From positions 896,001-960,000 of the forward strand of contig CAWCNY010000002.1 of assembly GCA_963797095.1 (NCBI GenBank): a stretch of 64,000 bases of DNA, written 5' to 3'. Position 1 is the first letter of the stretch; every line of letters begins with the position of its first letter. Both the position numbers and the translations under genes were made by a program. The notes beneath the pieces are model-generated. The model was not told the DNA's origin and made no database searches. It was given only the letters and a program-made list of their open reading frames with translations. This stretch comes from an uncultured Chloroflexia bacterium. GTDB taxonomy: Bacteria > Chloroflexota > Chloroflexia > QHBQ01 > JADMIH01. Shown piece by piece: positions 1-8,071 of the stretch.

Positions 1-28
1 TCGTGTGGCGTCGCCTCGCCCGCTCGGC

Positions 29-841
29 CTAGCTCATCTTCTTGCCCCGCACTGCCCAGGCCCTGCCCACCAACCGGATCGAGCCATCCGCCTCAACAGG
101 CAACCTCGATCTTATCAACTCACGCAATTCTGAGCGTTCCTCAGCGCCAAGCGACATAGCGTAGTTTGGCGCTGGGCCTTGCCCACCGAGAAAGGGCGAC
201 CAGTAGTCGTCAAAGTCACGGAAGTGCGTGGGTGCATCAATAGGTCTCGCTGCCACATCTCTCAGACCTGCTTGTTTCCATAACTCCTTGAGAGGTTCCG
301 GCCTGCAAATAAGGAATCGCCTTCCCTCGTCCAGTTCCAGTGCTCCTGGATTAAGGTCCGCTGCCGCATCCCAGAAGTACTTCATCAACTCCATCTTCTC
401 GGCGTAGTCCCACACGTAAACCGCCACCGTTCCCCCCGCCGCGGCAACTCGCGCCATCTCACTCGCTGCTTTCGGGGGATCGGGCACAAAGTTGAGCATC
501 AGCCCAGACACAACAGCGCCGTACATACCTGCTTCGTATGGTAAAGCCTGCGCATCACCTACATCGAACCGTACCGCCGTCCCCTGCACGTTGGCGCGTG
601 CGAAACCGATAAAGCCCTCCGAAGGGTCTATCCCGGTCACAGACTCAGGATGCGCCGCTTCCAGGATGGTCCTTGTGAGCGCGCCCGTTCCGCACCCCAC
701 ATCCAGCCACTTTGCTCCGTCCGGCAGTTCGAGCCACGCCACAAACTCTCGCGCCACCAGCCTGCTCCAGCGCCCCACATAAGGCTCGTAGGCATCGCCA
801 CTGGCCCATGCTTCCTTTCGCTTTGCTAAGGCATCTTCCAT
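29..841 (-). CDS. Class I SAM-dependent methyltransferase
   Basis: 270 aa; motif I WLDVGCGTG, plus GIDPS and VGDAQALP; GGAGAG RBS upstream. Confidence 0.9.
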   Translation of the reverse strand: MEDALAKRKEAWASGDAYEPYVGRWSRLVAREFVAWLELPDGAKWLDVGCGTGALTRTILEAAHPESVTGIDPSEGFIGFARANVQGTAVRFDVGDAQALPYEAGMYGAVVSGLMLNFVPDPPKAASEMARVAAAGGTVAVYVWDYAEKMELMKYFWDAAADLNPGALELDEGRRFLICRPEPLKELWKQAGLRDVAARPIDAPTHFRDFDDYWSPFLGGQGPAPNYAMSLGAEERSELRELIRSRLPVEADGSIRLVGRAWAVRGKKMS

Positions 842-910
842 AACACTCTCCCCTACTCATTCTCGCCAAATCGCGGACCCTCTATGTTATACATGGCCGA
901 CGCAAAGTGT

Positions 911-940
911 TGTAGGGGCGAGGCATGCCTGGCCCCTACA
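911..940. repeat. REP-like palindrome (GTAGGGGC...GCCCCTAC type)
   Basis: tgtaggggcgaggcatgcctggcccctaca is a near-perfect inverted repeat resembling RAYT-associated REP elements. Confidence 0.65.
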
Positions 941-1050
941 ACCAATTCATCCTTCCAACAACGTACCGACTTTGCACTCGCCCTGCTATGGTATGCCTCC
1001 AGGCTCGATGCATCGGTGAAACATATTATATGATCATATGACCCTTCCCT

Positions 1051-1088
1051 TACTCATGGGTGTTACCAATACTCATGGGTGTTACCAA
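1051..1088. repeat. 19-bp perfect tandem duplication
   Basis: tactcatgggtgttaccaa twice, in the divergent intergenic region. Confidence 0.9.
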
Positions 1089-1193
1089 AGCACATAGGCA
1101 AGCTGCAAAGATAGGACTATGCAAGCCCGATGAGTGCGCGTTATACTACAGTATAGAAACCACTCCAAACTGAAGAAAGGAAAGCCTCAGGCT

Positions 1194-1421
1194 ATGCCCA
1201 TTTACGAATACTTCTGCCCACATTGCAAGACAGCCTTCGAGAAGCTGCGCCCTATCGCCTCGAGCGACAGCGATATTGAGTGCCCCAAATGTGGCTCCAA
1301 AGTGCGGCGAATGCTCTCTGTAGTGGCCGCTATCAGCCGTAGCTCTGAGGCCGGCCAATCGTACAGCGGTGGAGGCGGCTGTGGTTGCGGCGGCAACTGT
1401 GCCTGCGGCAGGCATAACTGA
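1194..1421 (+). CDS. FmdB-family zinc-ribbon protein
   Basis: MPIYEYFCPHC...CPKCGS and Cys/Gly-rich tail; AAAGGA RBS. Confidence 0.9.
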   Translation: MPIYEYFCPHCKTAFEKLRPIASSDSDIECPKCGSKVRRMLSVVAAISRSSEAGQSYSGGGGCGCGGNCACGRHN

Positions 1422-1623
1422 CGATTCTCCGCTGAATTGTACCCGGACTTCTGTATTTGTACGGTGTGGCAATTTCCACATGCTGTGCTGATCATTCCAC
1501 CGATTCTTTACCGATTTAGACCCATTCTGCAACTAATAAGCATTAATATGAAGGTGAAAACGTCTATTTTGCGTATGATCCGGCGTTCATGCCGGAACAA
1601 CGGTTGCACGCCTGTAAATGTAG

Positions 1624-1632
1624 TGCTATAAT
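1624..1632 (+). promoter_or_regulatory. Putative extended -10 promoter of gatB
   Basis: TGnTATAAT (tgctataat) about 30 bp upstream of the start. Confidence 0.5.
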
Positions 1633-1664
1633 TAAGATTGGCCCTATGAGGAGTGCGTTATAAA

Positions 1665-3224
1665 ATGGCAAATACAGCCGAAGCGTCAGACGGGATATCT
1701 ACGCTCCGTGATGACTTGCAAGAGGCAGCGGGTTCCGGCTTTCTGACTACAATCGGCCTGGAAGTGCACGCCCAACTCCTCACGGAGAGCAAGATGTTTT
1801 GCGGTTGCGGCGCGAGCATTGCCTATGCTCCGCCTAACTCTCACGTCTGTCCTGTCTGCATGGGTATGCCCGGCACTCTCCCCGTGATCAACTCCGAAGC
1901 TGTGCGCAAGACGCTTCTTACCGGCCTGGCACTGCACTGCACAGTCCCTCCTCTTTCCAAGTTCGACCGCAAGAATTACCCCTATCCCGACCTGATGAAG
2001 GGTTACCAGATCTCCCAGTATGACCTTCCCTTCTGCAAGGATGGTTACATCGATGTTGAGGAGACCGATCCCAGGGGCAACATCACGCGCACCTTTCGGG
2101 TGGGCATCATCCGCGCGCACCTTGAGGAAGACACCGCCCGCCTCATGCACCGCACCGACCCTGATGGTACCCCCTACAGCCTGATGGATGTGAACCGGGC
2201 AGGCGTGCCCCTCATGGAAGTAGTATCGGCCCCCGACATCAACTCCCCCGAAGAGGCCGAGCTTTATTTGATGCAATTGCGCCACCTGCTCCGCTGGCTA
2301 GCCGTATCGACGGGCAATATGGAAGAAGGCGCTTTCAGGTGCGATGCCAACGTTTCGGTGCGCCCAGCCGGGCAACAAGAGTATGGTACCAAGGTCGAGA
2401 TCAAGAACATGAACTCGTTCAAGGCCGTGGTCGCCGCGCTCAAGTACGAGGTCAATCGCCAGGTCGAAATGCTCCAACGTGGCGAGCGCATTGTGCAGGA
2501 AACGCGCGGTTGGGACGACGTGCGCAACATCACCGTTTCTCAGCGCACCAAGGAAGAGGCCCACGACTACCGCTACTTCCCCGAACCAGACCTGCCCCCT
2601 CTCACCTTCTCGCCTGAGCAGGTTGAAGCCTTGCAAGCTCAGTTGCCTGAGCTACCCACCGCCCGCCGCGACCGTTTCATGAGCCAGTACGGCGTTTCGG
2701 CCTACGACGCCAACCAATTGTTGTCGAGCCGAGCCACCGCCGACTACTACGAGCGCGTGGTCGAAGGGATAGGCTCAAACGACGAGCGCGCCCGCATCGC
2801 GGCAAGTTTCATTGTGAACGACCTTGCCCGCCTCCTTAGCGAAGAGGGCGGCTCCATAGAAGAGAGCACTCTTGAGCCTTCCACCCTGCGTGAACTTGTA
2901 GATCTGGTAGCGGAAGGCACTATCAACCATACAATAGCCAAGGGTCTCCTTCCTGATCTTTTCAGGGATGGCGGCTCGCCGAAATCCATTGTAATCGAGC
3001 GTGGGTTGGCGATCCTGCGCGACGAGTTGGCCCTCGAAAAAGCGGTGGATGACGCCATCTCCGCCAATCCGAAGGCCGTTGCGGACTATCTGGGGGGCAA
3101 AGAGAGCGCAATCGCCGCGTTCCTCGGCCCCATCATGCGGGCAACCCGGGGCCAGGCAGACGCCAATACGGTTCGCGAGATGCTCAAGCGGAAATTGGAA
3201 GGAATGCGGGAGAGTCACGAGTAA
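1665..3224 (+). CDS. gatB: Asp-tRNA(Asn)/Glu-tRNA(Gln) amidotransferase subunit B
   Basis: IGLEVHAQL, FDRKNYPYPD, HLEED, RCDANVS, EIKNMNS, YRYFPEPD motifs. Confidence 0.97.
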   Translation: MANTAEASDGISTLRDDLQEAAGSGFLTTIGLEVHAQLLTESKMFCGCGASIAYAPPNSHVCPVCMGMPGTLPVINSEAVRKTLLTGLALHCTVPPLSKFDRKNYPYPDLMKGYQISQYDLPFCKDGYIDVEETDPRGNITRTFRVGIIRAHLEEDTARLMHRTDPDGTPYSLMDVNRAGVPLMEVVSAPDINSPEEAELYLMQLRHLLRWLAVSTGNMEEGAFRCDANVSVRPAGQQEYGTKVEIKNMNSFKAVVAALKYEVNRQVEMLQRGERIVQETRGWDDVRNITVSQRTKEEAHDYRYFPEPDLPPLTFSPEQVEALQAQLPELPTARRDRFMSQYGVSAYDANQLLSSRATADYYERVVEGIGSNDERARIAASFIVNDLARLLSEEGGSIEESTLEPSTLRELVDLVAEGTINHTIAKGLLPDLFRDGGSPKSIVIERGLAILRDELALEKAVDDAISANPKAVADYLGGKESAIAAFLGPIMRATRGQADANTVREMLKRKLEGMRESHE

Positions 3225-3314
3225 CGAGTTACAGCATAAGCACTCGTCACTTACCACTTGCCCGCCCTGAAATCAAATCGGCCATTATTACACTCAATGA
3301 GGAGAACCAAACCA

Positions 3315-4580
3315 ATGTCGGCAGAACCAAAACTACACAAGCCTAACCCATATCAGGTAGCCGTCGAGCAATTTATGATTGCCGCCGAGAAGCTGAACCT
3401 GGAAGAGGGGATGAAGCAGGTACTTTCCAAACCCAAGCGCGAGTTGATCGTGAACTTCCCCGTCCGCATGGACGACGGTTCCCTGCGCGTCTTTACCGGT
3501 TTCCGGGTGCAGCATTCCCTCACTCGCGGCCCCGCAAAAGGCGGTATCCGCTATCACCAGGATGTTTCCCTTGACGAGGTGAAAGCCCTCGCCATGTGGA
3601 TGACCTGGAAGTGCGCCACCGTCGGTATTCCCTACGGTGGAGGCAAGGGCGGCGTTATTGTTGACCCCAAGCAACTGAGCCTCGCCGAGACCGAGCGCCT
3701 CACTCGCCGCTTCGCCGCCGAGATAGCCCCTATCATCGGCCCCGAGGTGGACATCCCCGCTCCCGATGTGAACACCAACTCTCAGACGATGGCCTGGATA
3801 ATGGACACCATTTCCATGATGCGCGGCTATCCGATCCCCGGCCTCATTACCGGCAAACCTATCGCCGTCGAAGGCTCGCTTGGGCGCAACGAAGCGACCG
3901 CGCGCGGTCTCCAGTACGTGGTGCGTGAAGCCGTCAAAGAGCAGGGGATGGACCTCAAGGGTGCTCGTGTTGTGGTGCAGGGCTATGGCAACGCAGGCGC
4001 GATTGCTGCCCGCCTCCTCTCCGAGGATGGGGCTACTGTTATCGCCGTCTCAGACAGCAAAGGTGGCATCTACAACACAAAGGGTATCGATCCTGTGAGC
4101 GCCCTCCGCTACAAGCAGGAGCACGGCACCCTCTCCGGCTTCGCAGGCTCGGACGATATCTCCAACGAGGCTATCCTGGAGGTCGATTGCGACATCCTGG
4201 TGCCCGCCGCTCTCGAAAGCGTGATCACAGAGAGCAACGCCTCTCGCATCAATGCCAGGATGATCGCCGAGGCCGCCAACGGCCCCACCACCCCGGAAGC
4301 TGATCGCATCCTGTATGACAAGGGGATTATGGTCCTACCTGATATCCTGGCGAACGCCGGTGGCGTGACCGTCTCGTATTTCGAGTGGGCTCAGAATATC
4401 CAGGGCTACTACTGGGCAGAGGACGAGGTCAACGAGAAGCTGGAGCGCGTGATGAAGCGTGCCTTCCTCGATGTACACCAGATCTCCGACAACAACTCGG
4501 TAGATATGAGGACCGGTGCCTATATGCTGGCTATTTCGCGTGTAGCTGAAGTAACCCGCCTGCGCGGCATCTTCCCGTAG
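3315..4580 (+). CDS. gdhA: Glu/Leu/Phe/Val dehydrogenase (probably glutamate dehydrogenase)
   Basis: GPAKGGIRY, GGGKGG, DIPAPD, QGYGNAG, NAGGVTVSYFEW motifs; AGGAG RBS. Confidence 0.93.
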   Translation: MSAEPKLHKPNPYQVAVEQFMIAAEKLNLEEGMKQVLSKPKRELIVNFPVRMDDGSLRVFTGFRVQHSLTRGPAKGGIRYHQDVSLDEVKALAMWMTWKCATVGIPYGGGKGGVIVDPKQLSLAETERLTRRFAAEIAPIIGPEVDIPAPDVNTNSQTMAWIMDTISMMRGYPIPGLITGKPIAVEGSLGRNEATARGLQYVVREAVKEQGMDLKGARVVVQGYGNAGAIAARLLSEDGATVIAVSDSKGGIYNTKGIDPVSALRYKQEHGTLSGFAGSDDISNEAILEVDCDILVPAALESVITESNASRINARMIAEAANGPTTPEADRILYDKGIMVLPDILANAGGVTVSYFEWAQNIQGYYWAEDEVNEKLERVMKRAFLDVHQISDNNSVDMRTGAYMLAISRVAEVTRLRGIFP

Positions 4581-4593
4581 TAGACAAAAGACG

Positions 4594-4790
4594 AAACGTG
4601 AAACATCCCCAAATTTAGATTCAGCTTCGCAGGCGTGCAATCTGGTTCTAAAAAGAGCGAAATTGGCGGCTAGCCGCCAATTTCGCTCTTTTTAGAAGGC
4701 CCATCCCCAGATCTTGGAGATGATTGGGAGGGGTCTTTGGTCGTTCCCAATCTGTTGTACGCACGAAACTAAAAGTCGGGATGATCCATG
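4594..4790. repeat. Structured repeat / MITE-like element, copy 1
   Basis: CATCCCCAAATTTAGATTCAGCTTC...AATCT, then a 25-bp perfect hairpin ttctaaaaagagcgaaattggcggc/gccgccaatttcgctctttttagaa; similar to 27549-27685 and 61670-62081. Confidence 0.8.
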
Positions 4791-4796
4791 TATCCC

Positions 4797-6155
4797 CTAC
4801 TTCAAGGTGATCATCACGGCCATAGTGCCGTCCCCTGATTCCAGGTTCGCCATGGCCTTGCCGATGACCGACCCAAACACGGTCTCTTTGGGATCGGCCT
4901 TCATCGCCACACCCGCTGTGTCGCTCGCTACCAGCAGGTCGCCCACGTGGATCGGCCCGTTCGCCGCGCTGACCTTCACGTTCTTGTAAGCACCCGATGT
5001 GACCACCCCAAAGTATTCCCCCGGCTTGATCGCCGTGGCCGCATGGTCGTAGTAACCGGTGCGCTCTCTGGTGCCTTCGCGCGCGCTGGGGTCGGCTGTT
5101 ATATAGCGATCATAAACTACCCCTGCTACTGCCGTGCTGTATGCTCCCTCGGCACGTCCTGCGCCTACTAGCGGCGTATTCCCAATCTCCGCCGGGCCGC
5201 TAGGTGCTGAGGTCATCGCCGCTATTTCGCCCTGGTGCAGGTCAGTCGTGCCTGTGTTCTGCATGATAACTACCAGTGTGCAGCCGGTGCAATTGCCCGC
5301 CACCTCAAGGTCGCCGCCTATATACGAGTCGTTCAACGGATCGTCGCCGCTGGTTCCAACAGAGAAGCCGCCCTGTTGTTGCATTACATACAGGCCGTAG
5401 TTATTGCCGGAAGCGGCCATGCTGCCGATCCATGCCCCGTTGTCGTTATCCGACACTGCCACCATGCCTACGCTGTTGCTGGAACCTCTGCCATAAGAAA
5501 AGACACCGGAGTTGAGGTCGCCGATCGTTCTACCTATTCCGGTACCGGTGCCGTAGCCTGCCAATCCTGCACTGTCGGCGTATGATCCGAAGCCCACGAC
5601 TCCAGCACCGTTGTTTGCGTTGGTTACTACTGAGATAGGAACATTCCCGGACGCTATGTCTATCCCTTCAAGGTGTCGTGCGTTGTCGATGAATTTGGAC
5701 ATTTGCGCCCTGCTCACGGTGGCCCCTGGTCGGTAATATGGACGGTGCTCCGAGTTGCAAGGCTCGCCGGGGCCGCCGCACGGATAACCCGATACGAGGT
5801 CTTGCATGTAGATTTTGTTGGTGAAGGTATAGAACGGGTCGCCTGCCGGAACGTCCGAGAAGCATGGCAGGATCGGGCAACCCGCATCAGGCGCTTCCGC
5901 CTGGCCTGGATTGTCACCTCCAGACGTGTTATATAGACCGCTATTCGTGGGGCTTTTCTCCATGCCGGGGAGAGTGTTCCCTCCACCATTTTGTGCGGCA
6001 CTGCCCATAGTCTGCACTACGGTCGCCAGGTTTGTTTGCTCTGCGGAAGCACTATAAGCGGCGCTACCACCGCCTGTCACGATTGCCAGGGACATCAATA
6101 CCGCCAGTGCAGCTATCCCAAAGCGAAGGTATGTCAGGTGCAACTGTCGCTTCAT
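4797..6155 (-). CDS. Secreted SLH-domain protein with Gly-rich beta region and a C-terminal domain like those of fibre proteins
   Basis: Signal peptide; FSDVPAGDPFY...GYPCGGPGEPC...YRPGATVSRAQMSK; C-terminal VKVSAANGPIHVGDLLV...GVAMKA...VIGKAM. Confidence 0.75.
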   Translation of the reverse strand: MKRQLHLTYLRFGIAALAVLMSLAIVTGGGSAAYSASAEQTNLATVVQTMGSAAQNGGGNTLPGMEKSPTNSGLYNTSGGDNPGQAEAPDAGCPILPCFSDVPAGDPFYTFTNKIYMQDLVSGYPCGGPGEPCNSEHRPYYRPGATVSRAQMSKFIDNARHLEGIDIASGNVPISVVTNANNGAGVVGFGSYADSAGLAGYGTGTGIGRTIGDLNSGVFSYGRGSSNSVGMVAVSDNDNGAWIGSMAASGNNYGLYVMQQQGGFSVGTSGDDPLNDSYIGGDLEVAGNCTGCTLVVIMQNTGTTDLHQGEIAAMTSAPSGPAEIGNTPLVGAGRAEGAYSTAVAGVVYDRYITADPSAREGTRERTGYYDHAATAIKPGEYFGVVTSGAYKNVKVSAANGPIHVGDLLVASDTAGVAMKADPKETVFGSVIGKAMANLESGDGTMAVMITLK

Positions 6156-6382
6156 CCTCGTTCTCCTTTTCCGGCCCTCTACTGCTTGTTCTACTGCATA
6201 GCCGCAGGCCGAGCGCGACGTATGCCTGGGGCATCCCCCATGTTACATATTTACCAGGGTAGAAGTGAGCATCCGGGAGATCGCCTGGCCTGAGACCGAT
6301 ATCTTCGGTGGACCTCACCACTGCCCTATCTTAGATCAACGAATCTGTGGGTAGAGGGTTTTTACTCCACCGGGCCAAATAC

Positions 6383-6425
6383 AAAAAGGCGAAGGACGGA
6401 AGCATGATACCTCCGTCCTTCGCCC
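6383..6425 (-). terminator. Intrinsic terminator of the 6521-7867 gene
   Basis: ggcgaaggacgga/tccgtccttcgcc stem preceded by an A-run on + (U-tract on -). Confidence 0.7.
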
Positions 6426-6520
6426 CGACAAGCAACCGGTACGCATTGAGTACTGAGTGCTGCCTATTCCATAGCGCTCCGGCTACCGGCTACCGGCTAC
6501 CGGCGACTATAGTCCATCCG

Positions 6521-7867
6521 CTACGTCGTCACGCAGAAGTAGATCACTGACTGGTGCTTACTGTAATCACCCTGGAATGTAATTGCCCACCTGCCCGGTA
6601 CGAAGTTGAAGTCGATAGGCACATCCAGGTAGAAACTGCCGCTGTCGGGAACCTGGAAGGAGGGGTGAGAAGTGCCCACCACGCTACCATCAGGAGCGGT
6701 GAACCACAGCGAAAGAGGCTCCTGTGGAGTGAAGTTCCAGGCCGTTACACGGATCGTCTGGCCGGGTTTGGCGCTCGTGGGATTGGCCATTCCGTCAACC
6801 GATGCGCTTACATCGCAGCCCCCACCGCCAGGGTTAGGTGTGGGGTTCGGATTAGGATTTGGGTTGGGGCCGCCGCCGCCGCACTGATCCGTATTGGCAA
6901 CGACCTGGAAGTAGCCTATTGACTGGTGGCTGCTGTAATCGCCCTGCCAGGTCATAGCCCACCAACCCTGCGCCCAGTTGAAATCGGTCGTTATATCGAA
7001 GTAGAACTGGCCGTCTGAAGGTGTAAGGAAGGAGGGGTGCGAGGTGCCCACTACACTACCATCAGGAGCGGTGAACCAGGCCGACAGAGCCTCCCCAGGC
7101 GTGAAGCCGGAGCCGTAGTAGCGGAAGGTAGTGCCCGGCGTGCCGCAGCCCGGCTCGACCCTGGCATCGACATTTGTGTGGCCCGAAGGTGCGGGTGAGC
7201 CGCCCTGGTTCTGGTACTTGGCCTTGTACCTGTATGTCCCTAGCTGGCTCAACAGCACTTCATAAGGTGTGCCCGCGTTCTCAGGGTGATACTCGAACAC
7301 GGCGCGCTCGAAATACTGCACAAGGTATGTATTCCCGTCCAGGTCGCTCTTCTCCATGAATTCGTCAGAGATCGGATAGCCCTGCTGCGCGAGACCCCCG
7401 TGGGTGTCCCAGTAAGTCTTGAACTTTCCGCCGAGCCTCTTGCCGGTTTGCTGGTAGAGCACCGAGCCTGCCGATGTATTGGGCTGCTGTCCAGGCGCTC
7501 CGCTCGCATACTTCTGCTGCTGTAGGAATACACCCAGCAGTTGGAGCAGCACCTTGTTAGCTGTGGTCAGTTCAGGGTGCATCTCAAACACTGCCCGCTC
7601 GAAGTACTGGACAGTATAAGTCTTACCATCGGTATCCGACCTCTCCTGTATCTCTTCGGAGATCGGATAGCCCTGTTGGGCCAATCCCCCATTATTGTTC
7701 CAGTATTGAAGGAACTGCCCATTGACCGTTTTGCCCGTTTCGGGGAAGGTGCGGCTATCTCCTTGTGCGCTGGCCGGAGTAACACCGCTCGCCAACGGCA
7801 ATGCCATCAGGATGGCACCTATAACCGCGAGCCATCTACCGTTCTTGATCCTGGTAAATCTGAACAT
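6521..7867 (-). CDS. Secreted protein with two 'FPETG...GGL..GYPIS...QYFERAVFE.HPE' repeats and two tandem beta-sandwich-like domains
   Basis: Signal peptide; duplicated QYFERAVFE domain; duplicated WFTAPDGSVVGTSHPSF domain separated by a PN-repeat linker. Confidence 0.8.
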   Translation of the reverse strand: MFRFTRIKNGRWLAVIGAILMALPLASGVTPASAQGDSRTFPETGKTVNGQFLQYWNNNGGLAQQGYPISEEIQERSDTDGKTYTVQYFERAVFEMHPELTTANKVLLQLLGVFLQQQKYASGAPGQQPNTSAGSVLYQQTGKRLGGKFKTYWDTHGGLAQQGYPISDEFMEKSDLDGNTYLVQYFERAVFEYHPENAGTPYEVLLSQLGTYRYKAKYQNQGGSPAPSGHTNVDARVEPGCGTPGTTFRYYGSGFTPGEALSAWFTAPDGSVVGTSHPSFLTPSDGQFYFDITTDFNWAQGWWAMTWQGDYSSHQSIGYFQVVANTDQCGGGGPNPNPNPNPTPNPGGGGCDVSASVDGMANPTSAKPGQTIRVTAWNFTPQEPLSLWFTAPDGSVVGTSHPSFQVPDSGSFYLDVPIDFNFVPGRWAITFQGDYSKHQSVIYFCVTT

Positions 7868-8011
7868 AAACTCCTATCCTCCTATTTATTGGCTGAGTTG
7901 AAGTTATCGCGAAACCTACCAAGTATACCACTATCAATGCCACTAAAGTTAAGGGGCTAAGGGGCTAAGCGATCAAAGACCAAAGAATTAAGACTAAAGC
8001 AGTATCAAGCA

Positions 8012-8047
8012 CAACAAAAAGGGCGGTGAGAAGCCGCCCTTTTTGTT
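8012..8047 (-). terminator. Intrinsic terminator of the 8072-11284 gene
   Basis: aacaaaaagggcgg-tgagaag-ccgccctttttgtt hairpin with A/T tails on both sides. Confidence 0.75.
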
Positions 8048-8071
8048 ACTTTATGTCTACTTCGCTTGTCT

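Noticed and set aside
1104-1114. tgcaaagatag matching part of the IS701-like right end
   Set aside because: Only 11 bp, with no partner end or duplication; could be chance.
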